A model generated the notes under the pieces. That model was not told the origin of the DNA. It made no database searches and saw only the letters and a program-made list of their open reading frames with translations. The position numbers were made by a program, and so were the translations under genes. This document shows, piece by piece, positions 25,743 to 34,915 of a DNA stretch of 64,000 nt. Source of the stretch: Candidatus Omnitrophota bacterium (GTDB taxonomy: Bacteria; Omnitrophota; Gorgyraeia; Pluralincolimonadales; Pluralincolimonadaceae); contig PLNR01000002.1 in the NCBI GenBank assembly GCA_003141835.1, positions 14,026-78,025 of the forward strand, written 5' to 3'. The first letter of the stretch is position 1; the number at the start of each line of letters is the position of its first letter.

Positions 25743-26851
25743 TATTTATAGCGTTGCGGTTTAAATACGAATAGAAGAACCAGCCCGGCGATCCACAAGA
25801 TGACAAGGAACGGCGTAGATCCGGCCAGTGAGTCTAAGTAATTAGGGATCCGGCTTTCAGCGGGGTGGAATTTCGCCGCTAGCAACACCGCCTGCGAAAC
25901 TCCTATCCCGAACAACATCCCGAATATTCCGGCAATGTTTATGATGTTGCCTTGTCCTGCCTTCCAAAGGCTTCCGATAAAACACCCGTCTGCAAAGATA
26001 AAACCGAAACCCATTAAAAATGACCCGGCCATCAGATAACCCGCCCCGGAGATATTTTTTTCGACTTCGATCGGGCCGAACAGGGACATCTTCATCCCTA
26101 TCTGGTAGAATAAAGCGAGGCACATGACGGTAAATAAAACGCTGCGCCAGACATACGAGGAACGCGAGATGAACCATTCCTTAAGCATGCTCGACATGCA
26201 TATCGTCCCTCTTTCAGCGACCGCGCCGAATACGAGAAGGAATAATACGGCGAAAACAAAACTTATCTTTCCCTGTGCGCCCAATTTTGAGAATGCCAGT
26301 ATCGCGGCGACAAAAAAAGCGAATAACCCTAAAGCCGCGTAAAAAACGGCCCTTTGGACGCCCTTATCCGCCAGCTCTCCGGGAATGAAAAAATCCTTCT
26401 TTACCATTGCCGTCTTCAAGGTGAGGAATTTCAACAGTTTTGACCCGAAAAATCCGCCCATCACCATGAAAACGGCGTATATCCAGCCCTTTGTTATCAT
26501 GAACGCCGTCAGGTTGAATATCCCGGCGAGGTTGAACAGCACGATCGAATAGACCGACATCGCGGCGACGGTCGCCCCGACGCCCATTATGAGCCCTCCG
26601 GCCAGCCCGTATATCAACGGCTCATAGGTAAGCGGCGTCTTTATCCCGAATTCGCCGAAGATAAAAGCGCTTACGAACGCGCCGAGAATGACAAACCCGA
26701 ATGTCAGGATCGGGTTTTCCAGCAATAAAACGACTGCGCTTTTCTTGTCGGCCAGGTAACTCTGGTTGAAATACCAGAAGACGATAAGCAATACCGCCAA
26801 TACGGGCCCGGTTATTGCATACGGCCAATGCCTAGCGTGATTTTTTCTCAT
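25739..26851 (-). CDS. YeeE/YedE (sulfur/selenium-compound transporter) family membrane protein
   Basis: GAFVSA...GEF, GGLIMGVG, RGTICM, GFGFIFADGCFIGSLWKAGQG. Confidence 0.75.
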   Translation of the reverse strand: MRKNHARHWPYAITGPVLAVLLIVFWYFNQSYLADKKSAVVLLLENPILTFGFVILGAFVSAFIFGEFGIKTPLTYEPLIYGLAGGLIMGVGATVAAMSVYSIVLFNLAGIFNLTAFMITKGWIYAVFMVMGGFFGSKLLKFLTLKTAMVKKDFFIPGELADKGVQRAVFYAALGLFAFFVAAILAFSKLGAQGKISFVFAVLFLLVFGAVAERGTICMSSMLKEWFISRSSYVWRSVLFTVMCLALFYQIGMKMSLFGPIEVEKNISGAGYLMAGSFLMGFGFIFADGCFIGSLWKAGQGNIINIAGIFGMLFGIGVSQAVLLAAKFHPAESRIPNYLDSLAGSTPFLVILWIAGLVLLFVFKPQRYKY

Positions 26852-27686
26852 ATTCCTCTACGGCCTCCGGAATGGCCTTTATGAATTCCGAGATCTGGGT
26901 AGCCGGCGTACACCCGATCCTCTCCCCGATAAGGCGGTTGATCGTAAGCGCCTTAAGATCAGCGTCCGGGTCGCCTTTAAACCTCAGGGCCGAGAGCATC
27001 CCTGTTATGGTATCGCCTGTCCCGCCTATCGCTTCCATTGCCGGTATGTTAGGGCCGGTAACTTCATTTACCTTCGCGCCATCGCGATAAATGTAATCAA
27101 TGGCCCCTTTTATCACAGTCGTCTTTGCGGTATTTTTGTTATTATACGCCAGTCCGGCCAGTGATGCGACCGTCAAATTCTTATTTGCGATCTCTTCCCT
27201 TACGTAAAGCGGGTGGGGAGCCATTTCATCCGCGAGAAAATACAATTCACCCTGGTCCGGGGTAAATACGTCGAACTTATCCGCCAGTTTCGTGGTCTTC
27301 ATCAAATACATCCCGCCGGCATCGGCGATAAGCTGCGGCCTCTTCTTAAGCGAGTCGACTTTGGCAATAAACGGCCCGCCGTATCCCACTTTCGGGAACA
27401 TATAATGCAGGGTCACGACATCCGGGTCGTACTTATCGAGATTTTCGAAGACCTCATGGAACATCATGTTGGTGCCGACGCCATCTCCCGAATCCGCGCC
27501 GAATATGCATAGCGGCTTTTGGAGGCCGTAGAATTCGCATATCATGGCTGCAGATGCAGCCATCGCGGCCGTCCCTCTTTCTACGGGAAACTCAGTATCC
27601 CCTATCTTCAGGTTACCGCCGACGGCAGACGCGCTGCCGATATGCAGGCCTGATTTATTAGGTACGGTGCCGATGAGGACGAGCAT
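26832..27686 (-). CDS. Carbohydrate-kinase / NAD(P)HX dehydratase-like protein
   Basis: LIADAG, FTPD.GE, KG..D, EAIGGTGD (ribokinase-fold anion hole). Confidence 0.75.
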   Translation of the reverse strand: MLVLIGTVPNKSGLHIGSASAVGGNLKIGDTEFPVERGTAAMAASAAMICEFYGLQKPLCIFGADSGDGVGTNMMFHEVFENLDKYDPDVVTLHYMFPKVGYGGPFIAKVDSLKKRPQLIADAGGMYLMKTTKLADKFDVFTPDQGELYFLADEMAPHPLYVREEIANKNLTVASLAGLAYNNKNTAKTTVIKGAIDYIYRDGAKVNEVTGPNIPAMEAIGGTGDTITGMLSALRFKGDPDADLKALTINRLIGERIGCTPATQISEFIKAIPEAVEEYEKKSR

Positions 27687-28226
27687 CTATCCTTTTACCT
27701 TATTTTTTAACGCGTCGAAAGATATCTGAAGCATGTAAGAACAAAGGCTGTTGCCTAATTTTATCGGGTCTTCCGCCTCTTCGATCCTCCGGCCGTAGAG
27801 CTTTTCGGCCACATATGGGATATCAGGGCATCCCCCGCCCGAGATATTGACGATCTTGTGGCCCTTCTTCTCTATGGTTATCTTCATGTTGCCGGCCTTG
27901 CACATTACATATCCGTCGATTTCCGTAAAAGTCGACCTCTTCAGGATATCCGGCAGCATCTCTTTCGCGGAAACGATATTGTAATTCTGCGCTACAGGCT
28001 GCACTTTTATCGTGTTCTCGACCGCCTCCTGTTCGATAAGGTCGAACTCGACGGCGAGGTCGCAGCCTATCCTGAATTCCGGCGGCGGGGCGACAAGCCT
28101 GACAAGGAATCCTTTATCTTCGAGCATCTTATGGGTCTGGATGACCGCCTGGACGCTCCCGTAAAGGATGATCCCCTTAGGCTTGACGTAATTGGGTTCA
28201 AATATTTTTTTCAGCCAATTTGCCAT
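27687..28226 (-). CDS. DUF3343 domain protein
   Basis: LVAPPPEFRIGCDLA, NISGGGCPD, LC. Confidence 0.7.
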   Translation of the reverse strand: MANWLKKIFEPNYVKPKGIILYGSVQAVIQTHKMLEDKGFLVRLVAPPPEFRIGCDLAVEFDLIEQEAVENTIKVQPVAQNYNIVSAKEMLPDILKRSTFTEIDGYVMCKAGNMKITIEKKGHKIVNISGGGCPDIPYVAEKLYGRRIEEAEDPIKLGNSLCSYMLQISFDALKNKVKG

Positions 28227-28228
28227 AT

Positions 28229-29089
28229 TTACCTGACCAGGTTAAAACCGAGACCTATTATACAATAAGCCAGGAAGGTATACCCCAGATAATAAAGGTA
28301 AAGCCTCCGCTTCAGGATCCTGTTTAATACCAACGCCGAAGGAAAACTTATCCCAGCGCCGGACATCATGAACGTCATCACGACCGCGCTGTTCATTCCC
28401 TTATCCGCCAGCGAGAAGCATATCGGCGCCAGGACGAGTATGTTCGAATATAACGGGAACCCGATAAGCGCGACCAGGGGTATCGCCAGCCATACGGGAA
28501 ACCCGTTGAAGCGCTCAATGAATTTTACCGGTACATAATTATGGATAAAACCGGCGATCACTGCGCCTAATACAAGCGGGACTATCAGGTTCTTCAATAA
28601 AGTGACGGAAAATTTCGCGGCATCCTTGCAGGCATTGCCGCTTTCGAGGCTGCCTTCTTTTGCCTTCTCCCTTATCCCGTCCTCCATCCCCAGCTTCGGG
28701 ACCAGGATGCCCCCCAACGTAGCGGCGAACAGTATCGAGGCCGTAAAATACACGGCGAATTTCCACCCGAAGAGAAAATATATCAATATTACCGCCGAAA
28801 TGTTGAGCAGGGGCGACGAAAAAAGGAACGCCATGGCCGGCCCGGTCTTGAGGCCCGTCTGTACCATGCCGGTAAAGACCGGTATCGTCGTGCAGACGCA
28901 GAAAGGCGTCACCGCCCCGATGACCGCCGAAATGAAATTGCTCACGACCGTCCCGCTCCCCTGCAGCCTGATAAATAACCTGTCCAGCGGCATCTTTCTC
29001 ATCGCGATCCGCGAGACGAACGAGACCGCGAAGAACATCACCACCAGGACCGCGAGAAACTCTATCATATTCTTCAGGATGCTGCTCAT
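28229..29089 (-). CDS. Predicted permease (DUF318/ArsP-like)
   Basis: GAVTPFCVCTTIP, AFLFSSPLLN, G.PLY, FMMSGAG.S.P. Confidence 0.85.
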   Translation of the reverse strand: MSSILKNMIEFLAVLVVMFFAVSFVSRIAMRKMPLDRLFIRLQGSGTVVSNFISAVIGAVTPFCVCTTIPVFTGMVQTGLKTGPAMAFLFSSPLLNISAVILIYFLFGWKFAVYFTASILFAATLGGILVPKLGMEDGIREKAKEGSLESGNACKDAAKFSVTLLKNLIVPLVLGAVIAGFIHNYVPVKFIERFNGFPVWLAIPLVALIGFPLYSNILVLAPICFSLADKGMNSAVVMTFMMSGAGISFPSALVLNRILKRRLYLYYLGYTFLAYCIIGLGFNLVR

Positions 29090-30471
29090 TTGCGCCTGTC
29101 CCGGTATATATTATTATAAACGCAGAAAGGGATAAGCTTGCCGTCGGGCTGTATGACGTGTATGCAGCACTTCATCGCCCTTTTTACGTCGAAAGTATAA
29201 GCGTCCATGAACGGTTTTACGACGATCCTGAAGACGTTGTCCTTGAGATGTTCAAGGGCGTCTTTATTGAACGGTATCCCGCAGACGCAGACAAAGTCCT
29301 TTAAGACGCTTGCCGAGTTAAAAGTCGCCGATGCCGACCACAGGCCTTCCAGGGCTTTCCTTAAAACAGGCGCCGGCGTGGTGATCAGCGTATTGCTGAA
29401 ATAATCCAGGTATTTTTCTATGTCAACCTTCCTTGTTATCGGCGTGACTCTACCGTCTTTTATAAATGCGTAGGTCAGGCTGCAGCACGTCGGATAAGGG
29501 CACGGCAGCGGTATGAAATCTGATACTTTAAAGAGCGACTTCGTCTGCTTATCTATCTCCTTGATGACATCCGGCAGCGTCAACCTGTCCATCGGGTCGA
29601 ATTCGATCTTTTCGTTCACGTATATCATCGGCTGGAATGTCACGCCCTTGACGAACTTGTTTTTCAGGCCGTAATTTATTATCTCCCCGACCTGGTTTTC
29701 GTTCAATCCCTTGGCGAGCGTCGCGACAAGCGTCGTCGGGATATTGTATTTTGAAATGTTCTCCAGGGCGCGCTGTTTCAACTTAAAGACTTCCTTGCTG
29801 CCGCGCAGGACCTCGTATATGCGCGGCTCAAAACCGTCAAATTGGAAATAAAGTTCAACGTTGCAATCGGCCAGTCTCCTTGCCAGATCCTCATCTTCGG
29901 CCAGCCTCACTCCGTTAGTGTTGATCATGAGGTGCTTTATCTTCTTGGAATGGGCCATCTCGATTATCTTGAACAGGTCGGGGTGGAGCGTCGGCTCTCC
30001 GCCGCTTATCTGCAGGACCTCAGGGCTCCCCTCGCACCTGACATAGCTATCGAGCATGAAATCTATCGTTTTCAGGTCGAGGTATTTGCTTCCGGTCGCT
30101 TTAGCGAAACAGGATGTGCAGCAGAGGTTGCAGCCGTCGGTTATCTCGAGAAGCGCCACGCAGGTATGCTGCTGGTGGTCCGGGCAGAGCCCGCAATCCT
30201 CAGGACAACCGTGCTTTACTTCGGAACCGTATTCGAGCGGCACCCTTCCCGGCTTATTGAATGCCAGGCTGTGCCTGTACATATTGACGTCGGAAGATAT
30301 CAACCCCTCGAACTCTCCGTGCTCGGCGCAGCGCTTGAACATATACACCTTCTCACCCCTGACCCTCACCTGCGCGTCCACGGTCTTCTTGCATACCGGG
30401 CAGATGCTCCGCGTCAGCTCGAGGAAGATGTAATCTTTTTCAAGTCGGCTTGTTTTCAGAAAATTTTTCAT
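29086..30471 (-). CDS. Radical SAM enzyme, Tes/GDGT-MAS (MJ0619)-like
   Basis: N-terminal SICPVC...KRC.EHG, GCP.DCGLC..H..HTC, CNLCCTSC, SGGEPT, NTNG, FQP, C-terminal KCCIH...LIPFC.YN. Confidence 0.85.
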   Translation of the reverse strand: MKNFLKTSRLEKDYIFLELTRSICPVCKKTVDAQVRVRGEKVYMFKRCAEHGEFEGLISSDVNMYRHSLAFNKPGRVPLEYGSEVKHGCPEDCGLCPDHQQHTCVALLEITDGCNLCCTSCFAKATGSKYLDLKTIDFMLDSYVRCEGSPEVLQISGGEPTLHPDLFKIIEMAHSKKIKHLMINTNGVRLAEDEDLARRLADCNVELYFQFDGFEPRIYEVLRGSKEVFKLKQRALENISKYNIPTTLVATLAKGLNENQVGEIINYGLKNKFVKGVTFQPMIYVNEKIEFDPMDRLTLPDVIKEIDKQTKSLFKVSDFIPLPCPYPTCCSLTYAFIKDGRVTPITRKVDIEKYLDYFSNTLITTPAPVLRKALEGLWSASATFNSASVLKDFVCVCGIPFNKDALEHLKDNVFRIVVKPFMDAYTFDVKRAMKCCIHVIQPDGKLIPFCVYNNIYRDRRK

Positions 30472-30758
30472 TATCTAAAAAACATTCCTCTTAGTTGCAT
30501 GCCGAAAGCCGTTAACCCGCAGCCTCCGAAGACAGAAACCGGTATCAGGACTATAATCAATAAAAGGGCTATCATGACCCCTTTCAGCCCTTTGCCCCTG
30601 GCGGACCTAACGACCATGACAAGCCCTATCAGGAAGAATGCGCCGACAGATAACCACGAAAGAAGCATGGCGGCGCTTGAGTTCAAAAATCCGACAATGA
30701 ACGCAAATATCATAAAAATTGGGGCAATCTTTAAAACGAAGTTTTTGTCCATCTCCAT
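30471..30758 (-). CDS. Small membrane protein with C-proximal FGGC motif
   Basis: AGGAGG RBS; 3 TM; ...LIPVSVFGGCGLTAF. Confidence 0.75.
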   Translation of the reverse strand: MEMDKNFVLKIAPIFMIFAFIVGFLNSSAAMLLSWLSVGAFFLIGLVMVVRSARGKGLKGVMIALLLIIVLIPVSVFGGCGLTAFGMQLRGMFFR

Positions 30759-30766
30759 CCTCCTTT

Positions 30767-31324
30767 TTAGAATATCCCCGGTACCAGCATTTTTACGCTT
30801 TTTATGTAACCGATATATTGCGGGAATTCTTCCTCCAACATCTCCTCTTCCTTCTTCGCCCTGAAATAATACGCAATGCCTACAACGGGTGAAAACAGCA
30901 GTATCATGTAATTAGATATAAGAAGTCCGGAGCCGACCAGGACGAGCATCATGAAGAAATACATCGGATGCCTGACGAACCTGTAAGGGCCGTTCATGAC
31001 CAGGGTGTGCCCCTCTTTTATCTCCGCCGAAATGGACCAGTTGCGCCGGAGAGTGAGCAAAGCCCATACATAGCCCGCGACCCCGGTAAACATGAGGATC
31101 GCACCGGCAGTTTCGCTGATGGCATTACCCTCGTACGTCCCTATGCGGCCCCTTACAAAGAACCACCCTAAGGCCACGGCGAAAGCCGCGATGACAAATA
31201 TGTTGTTGCCCGGGCCCGCCTTCTTCTTCGCTTTCCCGGAAAAAATTATCTGCGCCAATACGGCGGCGCCGAGGAGGAAACCCCAGCAAAATTCAAATAT
31301 CATTAACGGTATTTTGTTTGCCAT
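30767..31324 (-). CDS. Isoprenylcysteine carboxyl methyltransferase (ICMT/PEMT) family protein
   Basis: LV..GPYRFVRHPMY, RAKKEEEML...F..Y..Y...V..LVP. Confidence 0.88.
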   Translation of the reverse strand: MANKIPLMIFEFCWGFLLGAAVLAQIIFSGKAKKKAGPGNNIFVIAAFAVALGWFFVRGRIGTYEGNAISETAGAILMFTGVAGYVWALLTLRRNWSISAEIKEGHTLVMNGPYRFVRHPMYFFMMLVLVGSGLLISNYMILLFSPVVGIAYYFRAKKEEEMLEEEFPQYIGYIKSVKMLVPGIF

Positions 31325-31333
31325 GATATTTAA

Positions 31334-31426
31334 TTAATGGATCACACCTTTTAATACCAAAATGCACGCGCCGAATAACAACAAGCCGGCTATGGGGATC
31401 GCTAGTGCGGTAAAAGTAAACCGCAT
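31334..31426 (-). CDS. 30-aa hydrophobic peptide or C-terminal remnant with LFGAC motif
   Basis: Manual translation MRFTFTALAIPIAGLLLFGACILVLKGVIH*; overlaps the end of the upstream gene in another frame; RBS spacing is poor. Confidence 0.4.
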   Translation of the reverse strand: MRFTFTALAIPIAGLLLFGACILVLKGVIH

Positions 31427-31725
31427 GCTCCCATAATTAACAATATGGGTATTCCGATCGTGCCGATTATGCCGGAAGCGGCCGCCAACCCGGTAGCAAT
31501 AAATGCCCGCCTTTTACCCGCGTAGACCAGGATCAAGGCGTCGATCACGATCATTACTATTGCGATCACCGCTATGACCATTATTTTATTCCAAAAAGCG
31601 AAATACCAATCCATGGTGATCTTGAGCAAGAACGCAATAAGGGCGATCGCAGCCGGTATGGCTATGAAGCCTATTAGGAAATCTGCGGCTTTTTCTTTCC
31701 AGCTATTATAAATTTTCTTTTCCAT
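31402..31725 (-). CDS. Small membrane protein with C-proximal MGAC motif
   Basis: 3 TM; ...GIPILLIMGACGLLLPH. Confidence 0.75.
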   Translation of the reverse strand: MEKKIYNSWKEKAADFLIGFIAIPAAIALIAFLLKITMDWYFAFWNKIMVIAVIAIVMIVIDALILVYAGKRRAFIATGLAAASGIIGTIGIPILLIMGACGLLLPH

Positions 31726-31737
31726 GTATACACCCTT

Positions 31738-31818
31738 TCAAATGATACGGCAGCTTCCCAGGATAACAATAAACTCAATAATTTTTCTTATTCCTGATTT
31801 ATGGGTTCCGTTGCTCAT
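31738..31818 (-). CDS. 26-aa peptide with LGSC motif (possibly an internally deleted paralog)
   Basis: Manual translation MSNGTHKSGIRKIIEFIVILGSCRII*; strong AAGGAGG about 10 nt upstream. Confidence 0.55.
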   Translation of the reverse strand: MSNGTHKSGIRKIIEFIVILGSCRII

Positions 31819-32476
31819 CTCTAATAAACCTCCTTTTTAAAAGATATACCGCAACCCAACCAAAAACAACCGCCGATATGATCTGCGCCGAGTCGAGGCC
31901 AAAATAACCGCCCGTAGCGTCGGCGCGGAAAAACTCTATCCAGAACCTGAAGAACGTGTACGCCAGCAAGAAAATCCTGAATAAATCCCCTTCCGTTTTA
32001 ATGCCTGCCCGGATAGACCACAGGTAAAGAAAAAGTCCGAAACAAAACGCCGACTCAATCAACTGCGTCGGAAGGCCGTTTATCCCGTAGCAGCAGCCGT
32101 TAAAATAACAGCCTATCCTCCCTATCGCGATGCCAATAGCCAGGGCCGGGGCAAAGAGGTCACCTGTCGAACGGGTAAACTTAATTATCCTCTTGGTTAT
32201 CACTACTCCGAGATAACCGCCTATCAAGCCGCCGACAAGCGTCTTCCCGCCGATCTGGGGTATGAAAATATGGGACAGGTGCTTGGAAAAATAATCCCAA
32301 TACACAAAAAATACCGAACCCAGCTTGCTGCCTATCAACCCGCCGACAAGCGCCCCGAAGAAGATATAAAGGAGCGGCTCGAGGGATACCTTCTTCCGCC
32401 TTATCTCAAGAAAATACAGGCACAGTCCTGTCGCATACGCTATCGCGCTGAATAAACTATACGCCGGTAGATGCAT
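31799..32476 (-). CDS. Short Lgt-like (prolipoprotein diacylglyceryl transferase family) protein
   Basis: GGLIGSKL, GG....GGLIGG, D..AP....G.AIGRIGCYFNGCCYG, PTQLIES, Y...RF..EFFR. Confidence 0.85.
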   Translation of the reverse strand: MHLPAYSLFSAIAYATGLCLYFLEIRRKKVSLEPLLYIFFGALVGGLIGSKLGSVFFVYWDYFSKHLSHIFIPQIGGKTLVGGLIGGYLGVVITKRIIKFTRSTGDLFAPALAIGIAIGRIGCYFNGCCYGINGLPTQLIESAFCFGLFLYLWSIRAGIKTEGDLFRIFLLAYTFFRFWIEFFRADATGGYFGLDSAQIISAVVFGWVAVYLLKRRFIRDEQRNP

Positions 32477-34175
32477 CGCCTGTCAGCTCCTTGACCGCAT
32501 TCCTCTTTATCTTCCTCGTCGACGTCTTCGGCAGCTCGTCGAAATAAAGCATAAAATCCGGGATCTTCTTGTATTCGGCCAGGTCGTTACCCAGGCGGCT
32601 GAGTTCCGCCCCGATTTTTTTCTTAATAAGCTCTTTGTCCTTCTTCTCTTCCCCTTCAAACCGCTCGAGGTTTGGGACTATCACTGCAAACACTTCCTCA
32701 GTCCCGGCCTTAAGCCCCTCGGTCGCCTTCTTGCCGAGCACGCAGATCTCTTTAATGTACGGGCTGGCCGACATCACCTCTTCTATCTCCTCGGGAAAAA
32801 CCTTCTTGCCCCCGCCGAGGACTATCAGGTTCCTGATGCGGCCGGTAATATACAAAAACCCGTCTTTATCAAGCCTCCCGATGTCGCCCGTGTGCAGCCA
32901 CCCGTTTTTTATCATTTCGGACGTCTTCCCGGGATTTTTGTAGTATCCTTTCATGATGTGGTCACCGCGGGTCACTATCTCTCCTTCGTCCGTGGAAAAA
33001 GTCCCGTCCGGTTTCATGAGTTTTACTTCCACTCCGGGCAGCGGTTTGCCGACCGAGCCGTATTTGAGTTCTTCTAAAGTGTTTACCGTGATGACCGGGG
33101 ACGTCTCCGTGAGCCCGTAACCCTGGAGGATGTTAAATCCCATTGCGTTGAAATCTATCTCTACCGCCGGGTCGAGCGGCGCCCCGCCCGAGACAAAACC
33201 CCTGAGCATTCCCCCGAACTGGTCGTGCACTTTCCGGAAAAATAATTTCCCCGCCTTGATCTTGAACCGGAGCAAAAACCTGCACAGGTGGAGCATCCCG
33301 AAGAAGAGCTGTTTCCCCGGGAACGGCAATGATTGCGCTTTCTTTATTATCCCGCCGTGGAATATCTTCAGCACGAGCGGCACGGTTATCACGACTGTGG
33401 TGCGCGTTTCGTTCATGAGGGCCATGATATTTGCCGGCTTAAGGCTGTCGCAATAAGTGACCGTGGCGCCGACATAAAGCGGGGAAAGGAGCCCGCCGGT
33501 CATCTCGAGCATGTGGTTCAGCGGCAGCATCGAAAGGAAATTGTCCTCCTCGGAATAATGAACGATCCTGTTCAGCTCCTTCGCCTGGAATATGAGGTTT
33601 TTGTAAGTCAGTTCCACGCCTTTAGCTATGCCGGTCGTGCCCGACGTATACACGATAAGCGCGGTGTCCTCGAGGCCGATGGGAAGATATTTTTTATCCC
33701 CGTACCTTATCTTAAGGTCTTTAAGCTTTATTACGTCTTTACGGTCGGCATCATCCAGGAGAAATATGTGTTTTAGGCCGGGCAGTTTAGGTTTAATAGC
33801 GTCTATGACAGGCAGGTGTTTTTCCGAAACAAATATGAATTTTGCGCCGCTGTCGCTTAGTATGAATTCTATCTCCTTCTCGCTTAGTTTCGCGTCCATC
33901 GGCACCACTATCCCGCCGCATGAGATCACCCCAAAAAGCGCGATCGCCCATTCAGGCCTCGACTCCGAAAGTATCGCGGCCCTGTCACTCTTTTCGATCC
34001 CGAGCTTCAAAAGCGTCGACGAGACATCTACCGCCCTCTCGCCGAGCGGTACATACGACAGGCTGTTCCACCCATCCTTGGTCTTTATCTGGAGGGCGGT
34101 CTTCGAGAACCATCTCCTGTTTATGGATTCCATTATTTCATGTATGGAAAGATCTTCGAAATTAGGTCTGGGCAT
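32457..34175 (-). CDS. AMP-dependent long-chain acyl-CoA synthetase
   Basis: YTSGTTGIAKG, LPLNH, QGYGLTE, HTGD, PKTSTRKIKR. Confidence 0.92.
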   Translation of the reverse strand: MPRPNFEDLSIHEIMESINRRWFSKTALQIKTKDGWNSLSYVPLGERAVDVSSTLLKLGIEKSDRAAILSESRPEWAIALFGVISCGGIVVPMDAKLSEKEIEFILSDSGAKFIFVSEKHLPVIDAIKPKLPGLKHIFLLDDADRKDVIKLKDLKIRYGDKKYLPIGLEDTALIVYTSGTTGIAKGVELTYKNLIFQAKELNRIVHYSEEDNFLSMLPLNHMLEMTGGLLSPLYVGATVTYCDSLKPANIMALMNETRTTVVITVPLVLKIFHGGIIKKAQSLPFPGKQLFFGMLHLCRFLLRFKIKAGKLFFRKVHDQFGGMLRGFVSGGAPLDPAVEIDFNAMGFNILQGYGLTETSPVITVNTLEELKYGSVGKPLPGVEVKLMKPDGTFSTDEGEIVTRGDHIMKGYYKNPGKTSEMIKNGWLHTGDIGRLDKDGFLYITGRIRNLIVLGGGKKVFPEEIEEVMSASPYIKEICVLGKKATEGLKAGTEEVFAVIVPNLERFEGEEKKDKELIKKKIGAELSRLGNDLAEYKKIPDFMLYFDELPKTSTRKIKRNAVKELTGDASTGV

Positions 34176-34902
34176 CTTCTTTCGCCTCTTTATGCCTGTT
34201 CCTCACCGATTCCGCCGGTATGCCGTAATATATGTCGCGCGGCTCTACTTTAGTCCCTTTTCTCAATACGGCGCTCGCCCCGATTATGGCACTATCCCCG
34301 ATCTCGCATCCCGGCATTATGGTCGAATGGGAGCCTATGGTAACGTTCTTGCCTATCTTCACTTTCCTTAATTTCAATACTCCACGCTCGACGATGTGGC
34401 CGATGATTATCGCCCCTCCCCCGATTACTGTATTGTCCCCGATCTCAAGAAGGGTAGCGTCGAAAACAAATTTCGAATTTATCTGGACATTCTTGCCCAG
34501 TTTTGCGCCGAGCAGCCGCAAAAAAATGTTCGAGAAAGGCGTGAGGAGGATGAAATCTATGAAAGTAAAATTAACGAGAAGGTAGAGCGCGCTGACGAAC
34601 GCCCATTTGAAAGCCTCGGCTGAAAATAGCGGGTAATTGCCTTCCTTTAGCCGGATAAAAAATACCGTGCGGAAAAGCCCGACCAATAAAATAAGCGTCA
34701 ACCCGAAAAGGAAATATCCGCCGGCCAGAGAAAGTCCCAACAGCAAGTATTTGACGGCCAAGGGCATATTCTGGGCGAATGACCAGGTCTTAAAGAACAG
34801 CGCGATCCCGGGAATAAGCGCTAAACCAAAAAAAACAGTGCCTATCAAATACATTACGACTGAACTCAGCAGTTGGACCAATGACACAAACAACCATTTC
34901 AT
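34162..34902 (-). CDS. Membrane-anchored hexapeptide-repeat (LbetaH) acyltransferase-like protein
   Basis: N-terminal TM helices; LGAKLGKNVQI, IGDNTVIG, IGKNVTIG, IGDSAIIG, YYGIPA. Confidence 0.82.
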   Translation of the reverse strand: MKWLFVSLVQLLSSVVMYLIGTVFFGLALIPGIALFFKTWSFAQNMPLAVKYLLLGLSLAGGYFLFGLTLILLVGLFRTVFFIRLKEGNYPLFSAEAFKWAFVSALYLLVNFTFIDFILLTPFSNIFLRLLGAKLGKNVQINSKFVFDATLLEIGDNTVIGGGAIIIGHIVERGVLKLRKVKIGKNVTIGSHSTIMPGCEIGDSAIIGASAVLRKGTKVEPRDIYYGIPAESVRNRHKEAKEDAQT

Positions 34903-34915
34903 AGGCGATCTCCTT

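Noticed and set aside
31726-31740. In-frame TGA between the 26-aa peptide and the 107-aa gene as a selenocysteine codon
   Set aside because: No SECIS-like hairpin follows, the position aligns with Leu rather than Cys, and the downstream gene has its own SD-like sequence
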